Sequence record: OK272470.1
Direction: 5' to 3' (one strand)
From: Escherichia phage JLBYU50
Length of the DNA: 64,000 nucleotides
Part shown: positions 47,983-55,788 of the stretch, one piece after another
Position numbering within the stretch: position 1 is the stretch's first letter
Layout: each line of letters starts with the position of its first letter
The notes under the pieces: model-generated
What the model was told of the DNA's origin: nothing
Databases searched by the model: none
Seen by the model: the letters and a program-made list of their open reading frames with translations, nothing else
Translations under genes and position numbers: made by a program

Positions 47983-48093
47983 GGTATCGCCCTTTCTTTG
48001 ATGTGCGCCCTGGTTGGCGCGGTAGAAAGATAATAGCCGTTTCCTTTATAGATAGCAAGCAAAAAAGAAATGAAAAAAAGATTAAAAAAAATG

Positions 48094-48152
48094 GTTGACG
48101 TTCCTCACCTGGTAGCGTAGTATTCATCTTGTCGAGGGGGCAATAGTGCCGC
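48094..48152 (+). promoter_or_regulatory. Early promoter cassette 1 (TTGACG-17-TAGTAT) with imperfect GC hairpin
   Basis: -35 at 48094-48099, -10 at 48117-48122, imperfect palindrome GGGGCAATAGTGCCGC at about 48136-48152, then RBS and ATG 48177. Confidence 0.5.
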
Positions 48153-48176
48153 TCATAACAGAAGAGAGAAATAATC

Positions 48177-48449
48177 ATGGCATCATATAGCGCATCAATG
48201 ATCGTAACGGGTATCACTGGTAAACCTATGCGCGGTGGCGGATCTTTCGCTAACATCAACATTGACGGGCGTTTATCCCTGGACGCAGCGATCACAGTGG
48301 CACGGGAAACATTTAAAAAAGAATGTAATTTCAATAAACAAGATTATCTCGGTTTCGCTATTGAAAAAACCGCGCGCTTTGTGGATTATAAAAGCCCGAA
48401 AATGATCGACACTACACTAAAAGCGCAAGATGTAGCGTTTTTGCTTTAA
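48177..48449 (+). CDS. Hypothetical early protein
   Basis: 90 aa, preceded by cassette 1 and RBS agagag. Confidence 0.45.
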   Translation: MASYSASMIVTGITGKPMRGGGSFANINIDGRLSLDAAITVARETFKKECNFNKQDYLGFAIEKTARFVDYKSPKMIDTTLKAQDVAFLL

Positions 48450-48452
48450 GGT

Positions 48453-48513
48453 TTGACACTGAAAAATAATTGGGTAATATATACGACATAAGGCGGGGAA
48501 ATGGTTTCCCGCC
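48453..48513 (+). promoter_or_regulatory. Early promoter cassette 2 with palindrome GGCGGGGAAATGGTTTCCCGCC
   Basis: TTGACA 48453-48458, -10 TAATAT 48475-48480, palindrome 48492-48513, then RBS aaagggtaa and ATG 48536. Confidence 0.6.
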
Positions 48514-48535
48514 AAATCAAAGAAAGGGTAATGCA

Positions 48536-48898
48536 ATGAGCAAGCAAATCAATACTATCATGTTTAATCTGGTATCTTTCCGCGATGACGTGAAAAACCT
48601 TTCGCGTGATGCAGTGGATGCACGGATCGAAAGCTATCGCACACAGATCGCAACGTTACCGCTGAAACGTGATCAACATGCCGCTAATATGATGCTGGAT
48701 GCTATGATTAAAAAGATGATTCAGTGTGATATTACCCTGGCTTATGAATATGCTGGCGATCTCTTTGTAACATATAGCAAGCCCGTTCCAGGTATGAGCA
48801 CCACGGAAGAATTGCATGCCTTAAATCTGCGACAAGATGCATGGGATAACATGCGCCGTGTTATGGTATGGGTAGAAAGCGGTAAAATTTACGAATAA
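48536..48898 (+). CDS. Hypothetical early protein
   Basis: Start at MSKQINTIMF, chosen downstream of the promoter and palindrome. Confidence 0.45.
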   Translation: MSKQINTIMFNLVSFRDDVKNLSRDAVDARIESYRTQIATLPLKRDQHAANMMLDAMIKKMIQCDITLAYEYAGDLFVTYSKPVPGMSTTEELHALNLRQDAWDNMRRVMVWVESGKIYE

Positions 48899-48904
48899 AA
48901 ACGG

Positions 48905-48957
48905 TTGACATTGCACTAAAACCTGATAAGCTATCTTAAAGCGGGAACTATTCCCGC
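48905..48957 (+). promoter_or_regulatory. Early promoter cassette 3 with palindrome GCGGGAACTATTCCCGC
   Basis: TTGACA 48905-48910, -10 AAGCTA 48928-48933, palindrome 48941-48957. Confidence 0.55.
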
Positions 48958-48976
48958 TTACATAGGATAAAACTTT

Positions 48977-49123
48977 ATGAAACAATATGTAATGAGTATT
49001 CATACCAAAAACGGCGCTACTGTTACGACTCCGGCACGGTTTGCACTTGTAAACCGTTGCAAGAGACTAAAACGAGAGCTAAAAAATAACCGTGCAACGG
49101 GCTTTAAACGCTGGGGAGGATAA
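48977..49123 (+). CDS. Hypothetical small basic protein (48 aa)
   Basis: ATG 19 nt after the cassette 3 palindrome. Arg/Lys-rich. Not in the ORF track (under 60 aa). Confidence 0.35.
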   Translation: MKQYVMSIHTKNGATVTTPARFALVNRCKRLKRELKNNRATGFKRWGG

Positions 49124-49125
49124 TC

Positions 49126-49386
49126 TTGTTTTTTCTAAAAGTTTTTGATAATGTGATCGCTTTTGAACATGCTACAACGTTCGACCTGGCGAGATACGCT
49201 ATCAGGTTTAAAGATAATGTTTATCCCCGTGCTGGCGGCGGTTACACTATTTTTAATCATCGCAACGCGCAACTGACTGATGTAACTAATCCAGATCCTG
49301 GAGTGTATCGCATAGGCTGGCTACCGTCAAAAGACGCTGCAAGCATGTTTAAGGTGTGTAAACTACTAACAGAAGAGGCGAACTAG
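49126..49386 (+). CDS. Hypothetical early protein (TTG start)
   Basis: TTG start 5 nt after RBS GGAGGA. 86 aa. Confidence 0.35.
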   Translation: MFFLKVFDNVIAFEHATTFDLARYAIRFKDNVYPRAGGGYTIFNHRNAQLTDVTNPDPGVYRIGWLPSKDAASMFKVCKLLTEEAN

Positions 49387-49387
49387 C

Positions 49388-49942
49388 ATGGGGCGTGAAT
49401 ATGTGATCCAGTCCTGGGTAAAGCATGATGCTAATGATCCGCGCATAATACCAGATGACATGATCGATCACATGGTAGGGTATAGCGGGGAGCAGATAGG
49501 AAATCGAGCGGCAAAGAGCAACGGCAACACCAGGACGCGATCCGTTCGTCCTGGATGGCTGGCGAATGGTAACGCTGACATTGCAAGCGCCGCAGATCCA
49601 AGCGATGACGCTAAAAATAATCCCTTGTACAGCATTGATCCGGCTTTTAAGGTGTTGGAAGAGTATCCCGCTAAATTAGCCGCACTAGATAAGGCATACG
49701 AAGAAAAGCGCATGGCCTGGACTGTATACAACACCGCTAAAATGGTGCTAGATGCAAAACTAATTAAAGCCCAGGAGAAGATCAATAAACTTGTTACCAT
49801 AGCGCAAGAGGAAGACCAGGGCGACCAGGAGGAAGAGGAAGAAATCATGCCTACCCTGGAAGAGGAAGAGATCCAGCCATACATGCCGACGGAAGAGGAA
49901 AAAAGACAAGCCTTAAAAAATTATGAAAATTGCATTGTGTAA
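49388..49942 (+). CDS. Hypothetical protein with highly acidic C-terminal region
   Basis: 184 aa. C-terminal EEDQGDQEEEEEIMPTLEEEEIQPYMPTEEEK. Confidence 0.45.
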   Translation: MGREYVIQSWVKHDANDPRIIPDDMIDHMVGYSGEQIGNRAAKSNGNTRTRSVRPGWLANGNADIASAADPSDDAKNNPLYSIDPAFKVLEEYPAKLAALDKAYEEKRMAWTVYNTAKMVLDAKLIKAQEKINKLVTIAQEEDQGDQEEEEEIMPTLEEEEIQPYMPTEEEKRQALKNYENCIV

Positions 49943-49944
49943 GG

Positions 49945-50050
49945 GTTGACATATGCAAACAAGCCCCGTAATATGTACCACATAGAGCGGGGCAACTTCT
50001 CAAAGGTGAAATAAAAAATCAGTTGACACCTGAAATCAGTAAGCTATAAT
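49945..50050 (+). promoter_or_regulatory. Tandem early promoters 4a/4b
   Basis: TTGACA 49945-49950 with TAATAT 49969-49974; TTGACA 50023-50028 with TATAAT 50045-50050. GCCCCG/CGGGGC inverted repeat flanks the first -10. Confidence 0.5.
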
Positions 50051-50087
50051 GCTTATATAGATTGAAACATTACTAAGGAATAAAAGC

Positions 50088-50267
50088 ATGGCTATTATTG
50101 CGAAGACTGAGATCGTAGGTTTAAATTCTATCCTCCTGGCATATGAGGAAGCTATAGAAATGTATGTGGTTTCCTATGGTGATTATATCCGTGAATATAA
50201 TTCTATTGATCTAGCTTTTGAATGCTATATTCGCCAGGTAAATAAAGCATACGATGATTATCGTTAA
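50088..50267 (+). CDS. Hypothetical small early protein (59 aa)
   Basis: ATG after RBS aaggaataaaagc. Not in the ORF track (under 60 aa). Confidence 0.4.
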   Translation: MAIIAKTEIVGLNSILLAYEEAIEMYVVSYGDYIREYNSIDLAFECYIRQVNKAYDDYR

Positions 50268-50286
50268 AAGTTTTAGTCTTGTGCTA

Positions 50287-50315
50287 TTGACAACGAACGA
50301 TAGTACAAGCATAAT
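50287..50315 (+). promoter_or_regulatory. Early promoter 5 (TTGACA-17-CATAAT)
   Basis: TTGACA 50287-50292, -10 50310-50315; no palindrome. Confidence 0.45.
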
Positions 50316-50362
50316 AACTTTTATCGGGAACACTCCTAACTAATCAAAAGAGATTAAAGATT

Positions 50363-50728
50363 ATGGCTAAAAATATTAATGTTTCTGCTTATGCTACCCT
50401 GGCTAACGTTGCTAAAATTGAACTGTCCAGCATTGAAGCGGTACATATTAGCGCCCGTCGCTGGTTTCAAAAGTCTTATGGTAATACTTATTTCTCTTTG
50501 ATGGTTGACGTTGAGATCGGCGGTAAACTGATTGAAGTCGTTAACGTTCCGTTTCAATATGGTTATGGTGATCATTTCGATACCGTTGCCCTGGAAGAGT
50601 TTAGCAAGGTTATCAACCTGGAAGGTAAAGAGTTTTCAAATTATGCTTATCTTTCCCGTTTTTGCCGTGACAATGGGATCGCTGTATACAGTCATGCAAG
50701 CGATGTTAAACGTAAAAAAGATTTATAA
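50363..50728 (+). CDS. Hypothetical early protein
   Basis: 121 aa after RBS aaagagattaaag. Confidence 0.45.
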   Translation: MAKNINVSAYATLANVAKIELSSIEAVHISARRWFQKSYGNTYFSLMVDVEIGGKLIEVVNVPFQYGYGDHFDTVALEEFSKVINLEGKEFSNYAYLSRFCRDNGIAVYSHASDVKRKKDL

Positions 50729-50734
50729 AAAGCA

Positions 50735-50796
50735 TTGACAGCACGAATAAAAAGCGTAAAATGTTTCATATCAGGACGGGGGAATGGTTCCCCCGC
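50735..50796 (+). promoter_or_regulatory. Early promoter cassette 6 with palindrome CGGGGGAATGGTTCCCCCG
   Basis: TTGACA 50735-50740, -10 TAAAAT 50757-50762, palindrome about 50777-50796. Confidence 0.55.
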
Positions 50797-50816
50797 CTAT
50801 AACTAGGTATAATAAA

Positions 50817-51047
50817 ATGGCTAATATGTATATGACCGAAGTTAAAACCGTAAAAGATACTACTACCAATAAAACTACTTACTTACAGCGGATCTGCGGT
50901 GTATGGCAACGTATTAGTAAAGCAAAGTATTATAAATTAACATCATATGCTAATCGTTCGGATTCATTCAGTACTGAAATAAAAGGTAATAAAGTACACC
51001 AATACGGCACTTATTATTATTATAGCCTAGACGCGATTGCAATCTAA
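50817..51047 (+). CDS. Hypothetical early protein
   Basis: Start at MANMYMTE downstream of the palindrome. Tyr-rich C-terminus. Confidence 0.4.
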   Translation: MANMYMTEVKTVKDTTTNKTTYLQRICGVWQRISKAKYYKLTSYANRSDSFSTEIKGNKVHQYGTYYYYSLDAIAI

Positions 51048-51066
51048 GCATATTTTTAAAAAGTAC

Positions 51067-51125
51067 TTGCAAACTAGGTTTAAAGGCGTATAATGTTTTG
51101 CATAGAGAGCGGGAATAGTTCCCGC
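51067..51125 (+). promoter_or_regulatory. Early promoter cassette 7 with palindrome GCGGGAATAGTTCCCGC
   Basis: TTGCAA 51067-51072, TATAAT 51089-51094, palindrome 51109-51125. Confidence 0.6.
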
Positions 51126-51149
51126 CTCACTGAAAAAGAGATTAACATC

Positions 51150-51389
51150 ATGGCTAAATCTAAAATGTACAACGGTCACAAAAACAAAACTCATTGGAAT
51201 GTAAGCCTTTGGATTAATAACGATGAATCGTTATACTTATACGCTGTAGGTTTAATAAATGAGTGTGGCAATAAAGATAAAGCGGCGGATCTAATGTGCT
51301 ACAGATTAAAACAGGATGGGATCACTCATACACCTGATGGTTTCAAGTATAGTAAAACTGCAATCCGTGCCGCTATGGTTGGAATGTAA
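51150..51389 (+). CDS. Hypothetical early protein
   Basis: Start at MAKSKMYNGHK downstream of the palindrome. Confidence 0.45.
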   Translation: MAKSKMYNGHKNKTHWNVSLWINNDESLYLYAVGLINECGNKDKAADLMCYRLKQDGITHTPDGFKYSKTAIRAAMVGM

Positions 51390-51398
51390 TAAAAACAG

Positions 51399-51458
51399 TT
51401 GACAACGTTTTTTAATCTGATAAGATGTATCACATAGGGCGGGAAATGGTTTCCCGCC
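51399..51458 (+). promoter_or_regulatory. Early promoter cassette 8 with palindrome GGCGGGAAATGGTTTCCCGCC
   Basis: TTGACA 51399-51404, TAAGAT 51421-51426, perfect 9-3-9 palindrome 51438-51458. Confidence 0.6.
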
Positions 51459-51480
51459 AAATCAAAGAAAGGTTAACATT

Positions 51481-51708
51481 ATGGCTATCGTTATTGTTCG
51501 CGTATCCGGCACGGTTGGGATCTCCCAGGTAGTAGCAGTTATCACCGAGAAGAAAGGGGATGATCTTCACTCCTCCTTGAATAGCTGGGCGGTCGCTAAC
51601 TTTGGGCAATGGTCGAGCGTTGAGTACATCGAATCCTACCAGGTGCCAACGATTAGCCTAACCGATCTAAATGTTGATCGCTTGTTGTGCCTGGATCAAT
51701 TAAACTAA
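51481..51708 (+). CDS. Hypothetical early protein
   Basis: 75 aa after RBS aaagaaaggt. Confidence 0.45.
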   Translation: MAIVIVRVSGTVGISQVVAVITEKKGDDLHSSLNSWAVANFGQWSSVEYIESYQVPTISLTDLNVDRLLCLDQLN

Positions 51709-51726
51709 AAATAATATTGACAAGAT

Positions 51727-51783
51727 AACTAAAATCAGTAAAATGTAATGCATAGGGCGGCACTATTGCCGCCCCCTAGTGAG
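51727..51783 (+). promoter_or_regulatory. Early promoter cassette 9 with palindrome GGCGGCACTATTGCCGCC
   Basis: TTGACA 51727-51732, TAAAAT 51749-51754, palindrome 51766-51783. Confidence 0.6.
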
Positions 51784-51796
51784 AGAGATTATCAAA

Positions 51797-52012
51797 ATGG
51801 CTAATATCCGCACACTGTTAAAAAATGCAAGTCAAGTTTTATTTTCAGATGACGAGTATTTCAACAAAGACATTACAGGCGTGAAAAATTTAAAAGACGT
51901 GAAGGATGTTATCGGTATCCGTGGATCTTTACGTAAAGGTGACATATACGGTAACAAGGTGCAATATAAATTGTCAAAAGATTATGATTTTACTTTGACA
52001 ATTATTTCATAA
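51797..52012 (+). CDS. Hypothetical early protein
   Basis: Start at MANIRTLLKN after RBS gagagag. Confidence 0.45.
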   Translation: MANIRTLLKNASQVLFSDDEYFNKDITGVKNLKDVKDVIGIRGSLRKGDIYGNKVQYKLSKDYDFTLTIIS

Positions 52013-52018
52013 AACCGC

Positions 52019-52079
52019 TTGCAATACTGCAAAAATAAAGTAAACTGTATTCATTAAGGCGGTGGAATAGCCCACCGCC
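52019..52079 (+). promoter_or_regulatory. Early promoter cassette 10 with palindrome GGCGGTGGAATAGCCCACCGCC
   Basis: TTGCAA 52019-52024, TAAACT 52041-52046, palindrome 52058-52079. Confidence 0.55.
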
Positions 52080-52102
52080 TAACAAAGAGAAGAGGAAACA
52101 TC

Positions 52103-52273
52103 ATGATCACTTTCGCCACCCGTGAAGCCGCTCGCAACGTTGCACGTAAAGTTAACGCCGCCAACCTGGGCGCTACGCTTAAAGCCCCGGTGAAAGATGA
52201 ATCAGGAAAATGGATCTTTCCTGGTCTGCGTCACGCTGATAAGCTGGGAACATTAACGTTAAAAAACAAATAA
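52103..52273 (+). CDS. Hypothetical small early protein (56 aa)
   Basis: ATG after RBS agaggaaaca. Not in the ORF track (under 60 aa). Confidence 0.4.
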   Translation: MITFATREAARNVARKVNAANLGATLKAPVKDESGKWIFPGLRHADKLGTLTLKNK

Positions 52274-52280
52274 TATCCGT

Positions 52281-52339
52281 TTGACAGTAGCATCATTTAT
52301 AAGTAAAGTAACAACAACGGCGGGAAATGGTTTCCCGCC
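52281..52339 (+). promoter_or_regulatory. Early promoter cassette 11 with palindrome GGCGGGAAATGGTTTCCCGCC
   Basis: TTGACA 52281-52286, TAAAGT 52304-52309, palindrome 52319-52339 (identical to cassettes 2 and 8). Confidence 0.6.
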
Positions 52340-52359
52340 ATCAATAAAGAGATAAGATT

Positions 52360-52719
52360 ATGAAATCAGTAAAAGCAATTAAAACTTACATTGTGTCGGC
52401 TATTTCTTTTGATGGTACTACAACCGAAAAAGAAAAGATCACCGAACTGATGCGCCGTTTTAACTCTGAATACTGGTATCCCGATAATCAAAAACGTTAC
52501 AATTATAACGTGATCAAGGCAATAGCCTCATGGTTACAAGGTTTACCGTCAGAAGTCAATATTGCTTTTGATTATAACGAGATCGATCACTTGTTAATTG
52601 AATGGAAGTACATAAAAGAAACAAGCAAAGAAACAACCGTTACCCGTGAGCGGGAAAATTATTGGTTATATATTGCAAGCATGATCGTAACCCTGGCAAA
52701 ACAGCATAACGTGGCGTAA
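52360..52719 (+). CDS. Hypothetical early protein
   Basis: 119 aa after RBS aaagagataag. Confidence 0.45.
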   Translation: MKSVKAIKTYIVSAISFDGTTTEKEKITELMRRFNSEYWYPDNQKRYNYNVIKAIASWLQGLPSEVNIAFDYNEIDHLLIEWKYIKETSKETTVTRERENYWLYIASMIVTLAKQHNVA

Positions 52720-52734
52720 TTAAGAGGAAAAAAC

Positions 52735-52872
52735 ATGAACGCATCACAGCAGATCGAAAAATTCAACCGCAACAAAGCGCGTAAAAATTGGAATGAAGAG
52801 ATCACCAAGAAAGGCGATAAGCGGAACAAAACAAAAAGAGATCGCAGCACAAAAAGACACTGGAACGAATAA
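52735..52872 (+). CDS. Hypothetical small highly basic protein (45 aa)
   Basis: ATG after RBS aagaggaaaaaac. Lys/Arg-rich. Followed by terminator 52877-52900. Confidence 0.3.
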   Translation: MNASQQIEKFNRNKARKNWNEEITKKGDKRNKTKRDRSTKRHWNE

Positions 52873-52876
52873 CAAA

Positions 52877-52900
52877 AAGGGCGCAATAAGCGCCCTTTTA
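52877..52900 (+). terminator. Rho-independent terminator-like hairpin
   Basis: AAGGGCGC-AATAA-GCGCCCTT followed by TTTA. Confidence 0.5.
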
Positions 52901-52990
52901 GCTTATATAGAGGCTTGTTACCCATAGGCAATGGTAACGCCAGGGCAAGCCTATAAATCAACGTTAGACAGCTTTACAGGAGCTTTAAAA

Positions 52991-53173
52991 ATGAAATTAG
53001 ACGAAATAAGCAAGGCACTAGCCCAGGGGCAAAGGTTATGCGCCCGATATCGTGATCAATATGGCTTCATAACTAGCGGCGTGATCCTGGGGATTGAAGG
53101 TAATAAAATTTTTATTGACACGTTGAAAAACGTTGTATATAGTGACAATATAATCTCAATAAAACATATATGA
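52991..53173 (+). CDS. Hypothetical small protein
   Basis: Start at MKLDEISKAL after RBS acaggag. Confidence 0.35.
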   Translation: MKLDEISKALAQGQRLCARYRDQYGFITSGVILGIEGNKIFIDTLKNVVYSDNIISIKHI

Positions 53174-53181
53174 GGCAAGAA

Positions 53182-53583
53182 ATGAAAAAATTATTGATCG
53201 CTGGTTTAATCTCTTTTGGCATGGTTGGAACATCTAGCGCGGCGATATCCTCCACAGTAGCAGAATTAAGCGCCGTTGATGCAATGGAAAACGTCATGAT
53301 CATTAATAACGCGATCCCCGATGAAATCATGGAGGATTCACACATGATCGCTTATGGTGCTGTTACACAATTAACGGCAAAAATAGATAAATCTATTGTT
53401 AATGGCTTAAATGAAGATGTACCATGTGAAATTATTACCAGTGTGCTAACGACTCAAAATTTTACGCCGTGGTTAAAAAGTATTCAAAAGGTACACAGCA
53501 CCGCCGCAGATCGTAGCAATGAAAAACTAGTGTCAGCACTTGCAACGTATACCCTAGCAAAATGCACCGAAATAAAAGATTGA
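53182..53583 (+). CDS. Secreted hypothetical protein
   Basis: Start at MKKLLIAGLISFGMVGTSSAA (signal peptide). Confidence 0.45.
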   Translation: MKKLLIAGLISFGMVGTSSAAISSTVAELSAVDAMENVMIINNAIPDEIMEDSHMIAYGAVTQLTAKIDKSIVNGLNEDVPCEIITSVLTTQNFTPWLKSIQKVHSTAADRSNEKLVSALATYTLAKCTEIKD

Positions 53584-53607
53584 CAATATAGAAAGCACGT
53601 TATAAGA
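53580..53607 (+). promoter_or_regulatory. Promoter 12 (TTGACA-16-TATAAG)
   Basis: TTGACA 53580-53585 overlapping the upstream stop, -10 at 53602-53607. Confidence 0.4.
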
Positions 53608-53630
53608 TACACACAACAAAGGAGAACTAC

Positions 53631-53933
53631 ATGAACGGCATAGCTAAAACGTTTTTTCTTTTTTCTGGTGTAAATGATCCATCAATAAAAGTCGATAGTG
53701 TAAAAGAAAACAATACTATCACCGCTAAATTGTTTCAAGATGAAACAAATAACGTGCTAATCATTAATCTTAAAGAAATAACGAAAGGTTATTATACTAT
53801 TGCTTACCATGCGATCTATCATGCTGGTACTAGCGAGGAAGTGCAAACAAGCAACAACGAAAGCGCGGCGCTACCTGGTGATCTGGTGTTGGGCGTTATC
53901 AGTTTAATTGTCAATGATTTTTTTAAGGAGTAA
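53631..53933 (+). CDS. Hypothetical protein
   Basis: 100 aa after RBS aaaggagaac. Confidence 0.4.
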   Translation: MNGIAKTFFLFSGVNDPSIKVDSVKENNTITAKLFQDETNNVLIINLKEITKGYYTIAYHAIYHAGTSEEVQTSNNESAALPGDLVLGVISLIVNDFFKE

Positions 53934-54116
53934 AACCATGCCCTATTTACATTTATTTTTCGGTATCTTATTGACAGGATCTTTTTTCTTCTGTATGCTT
54001 GTTTCTATTGTAAACCACGTTTTAAGACATTAAGGAAACAGCATGAAAATTATTCCCGTACAGTATAGCGTAATAAATCCAGCATATGAGGAAGGAAGGA
54101 AAACAAGCATGGCTTT

Positions 54117-54461
54117 ATGTTGTATTACTACTATAGCCATGTTATTATACATTGTGTTTTAATAGGTTTTATAGTTGTACGCTTTACAGGCTTTACAATT
54201 TTTTTGTTATGCTTTAAAATATATCTTGAAAACGGCAAAGGCCGCAAACAAAAGGGTAAAACTTATGCGCTGAATCATGCGTTTATCGGCAAGGTTGAAT
54301 ATAGAGAAATGATCGACGAGGAAACAGGGCAAGATTTTAGCGATTATGTTTATATTCGTTCAGAAACATTAGCCGAACGTTTGATCGAGAAAATGAAAGC
54401 AAAAAATAAAATTAATTTAGCTCATTGGATTGATATAACAAACGATTCTGCTTATCAGTAA
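54117..54461 (+). CDS. Hypothetical protein with N-terminal hydrophobic segment (start uncertain)
   Basis: 114 aa ORF ending just before terminator 54478-54504. Overlaps an alternative-frame 39-aa ORF (54043-54162) that has a better RBS. Confidence 0.35.
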   Translation: MLYYYYSHVIIHCVLIGFIVVRFTGFTIFLLCFKIYLENGKGRKQKGKTYALNHAFIGKVEYREMIDEETGQDFSDYVYIRSETLAERLIEKMKAKNKINLAHWIDITNDSAYQ

Positions 54462-54477
54462 ATAACATTTCATACCA

Positions 54478-54504
54478 GGGCGCACAAAGCGCCCTTTCTT
54501 TTTA
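54478..54504 (+). terminator. Rho-independent terminator
   Basis: AGGGCGC-ACAAA-GCGCCCT followed by TTCTTTTT. Confidence 0.6.
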
Positions 54505-54707
54505 CCTAAATAAAGATGATAGCTTTTACCTATCAAAAACGTTCACCGAAAAAAGTGAATAGATCGCGGTATCGAGCTAATCAAGGAGCAGATGAACAAC
54601 CATACCATGAAGATCATAAGGCGCTTACAGCGTGTTTTAGACCGCTTATTTTTAATTTCTTCATGCAACTATCTGGCAAAAACAGCCTTTTTCTCATCTT
54701 TCCTCTT

Positions 54708-54780
54708 AAATGATAATCATTCTTATTTATAGCTGATTATTTATGCAATAAACTGCATAATGCAATAATGATAATCATTC
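54708..54780. promoter_or_regulatory. Two Fur-box-like sites
   Basis: AAATGATAATCATTC at 54708-54722 and AATAATGATAATCATTC at 54764-54780. Each contains the 13-nt core AATGATAATCATT of the GATAATGATAATCATTATC consensus. Confidence 0.45.
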
Positions 54781-55154
54781 TTAACTTATGACCATCTAAC
54801 CTATAAAATAATAAGTTATCTAACTAAATTAAAGCTAACTATTTCACCTTTATTTATAACTTACTGTTACTATCTCATTGATAACCTTATATTAAACAAC
54901 AATAACTAATATAAATCATTATTAAGCTAACTATAATCTATCTAACCTTTAAAACTATAACTATAATCTATCTAATTGTTGCACAAAGTAACTATTAAAT
55001 TGTTAGTAACATTACTAAATAATTAATATCCTATTTATTTATGATCTAATCTTTACCTTCCTATTTATCACCTAACTAATCATTTCATACAATAATTATA
55101 ACAAGAAATATAATTCGCAAGCGTATCATTAGCAGCCTATGCCGGACACATAGG

Positions 55155-55303
55155 CGGCTAATAATAACGCAACTACACACCCCACATAATAACCATCACC
55201 GATAGTTATTATTTGTGCTTATGTAGCTTGCAACAATTGCAAGCGCAACAATATACATGGTATATTGTATCCCTTACATTGTTGCGGTGCGTTATTATTA
55301 GCT
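55155..55303. repeat. Nested inverted repeats in AT-rich non-coding region
   Basis: GCTAATAATAACGC (about 55156-55169) pairs with GCGTTATTATTAGC (about 55285-55298). Inner CGCAACAAT...ATTGTTGCG and CAATATAC-ATG-GTATATTG palindromes. Confidence 0.5.
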
Positions 55304-55602
55304 AATGTTTGGAACATTGGCTATAATATAAGCTATCCAATAATAAACATAGTGGATAATGACACTGATGATCATAATGCGCCACCTTCCAGGGGGCGCT
55401 ATGTGAACACAAAAAATCTTTCTTGTCAAGAAAAATATTACCATTATTGCGCAAAATTATTTATATATGAATAGATGGTTTTTCATACTATTATTGTTAT
55501 TTGTCGGGCATAACTATCCCTATTTGTTGAGCCTACTTTCTTAAAAGCGCAATAAATCAGAATTATCTTGATTTTTAGTGAGTTTTATAGTATAGAAAAT
55601 AT

Positions 55603-55621
55603 GCAAATGATAATCATTATC
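55603..55621. promoter_or_regulatory. Near-consensus Fur box
   Basis: GCAAATGATAATCATTATC matches GATAATGATAATCATTATC at 17 of 19 positions. Confidence 0.5.
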
Positions 55622-55788
55622 AGCTATCTTCCACGGGTGGCACTATTTCACGCCAGATCATTTCATTTGGCAAGGTGTATATAGATGTTTAGACTTGCCA
55701 AGCCATTGATTTACTTAGAATTTATCTGTTTTGTTGTGAGTAGTACCTTTCTTGCTCAGAAAATAATCAAAAGTCTTATAAGTCATTG

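Noticed and set aside
47175-52339. Possible CRISPR array suggested by recurring palindromes and direct repeats
   Set aside because: Repeat units are not regularly spaced and not separated by unique spacers of uniform length. Palindromes sit at fixed positions relative to promoters and genes, and the 47.2 kb repeats are 65-bp iterons in AT-rich DNA. No cas genes.
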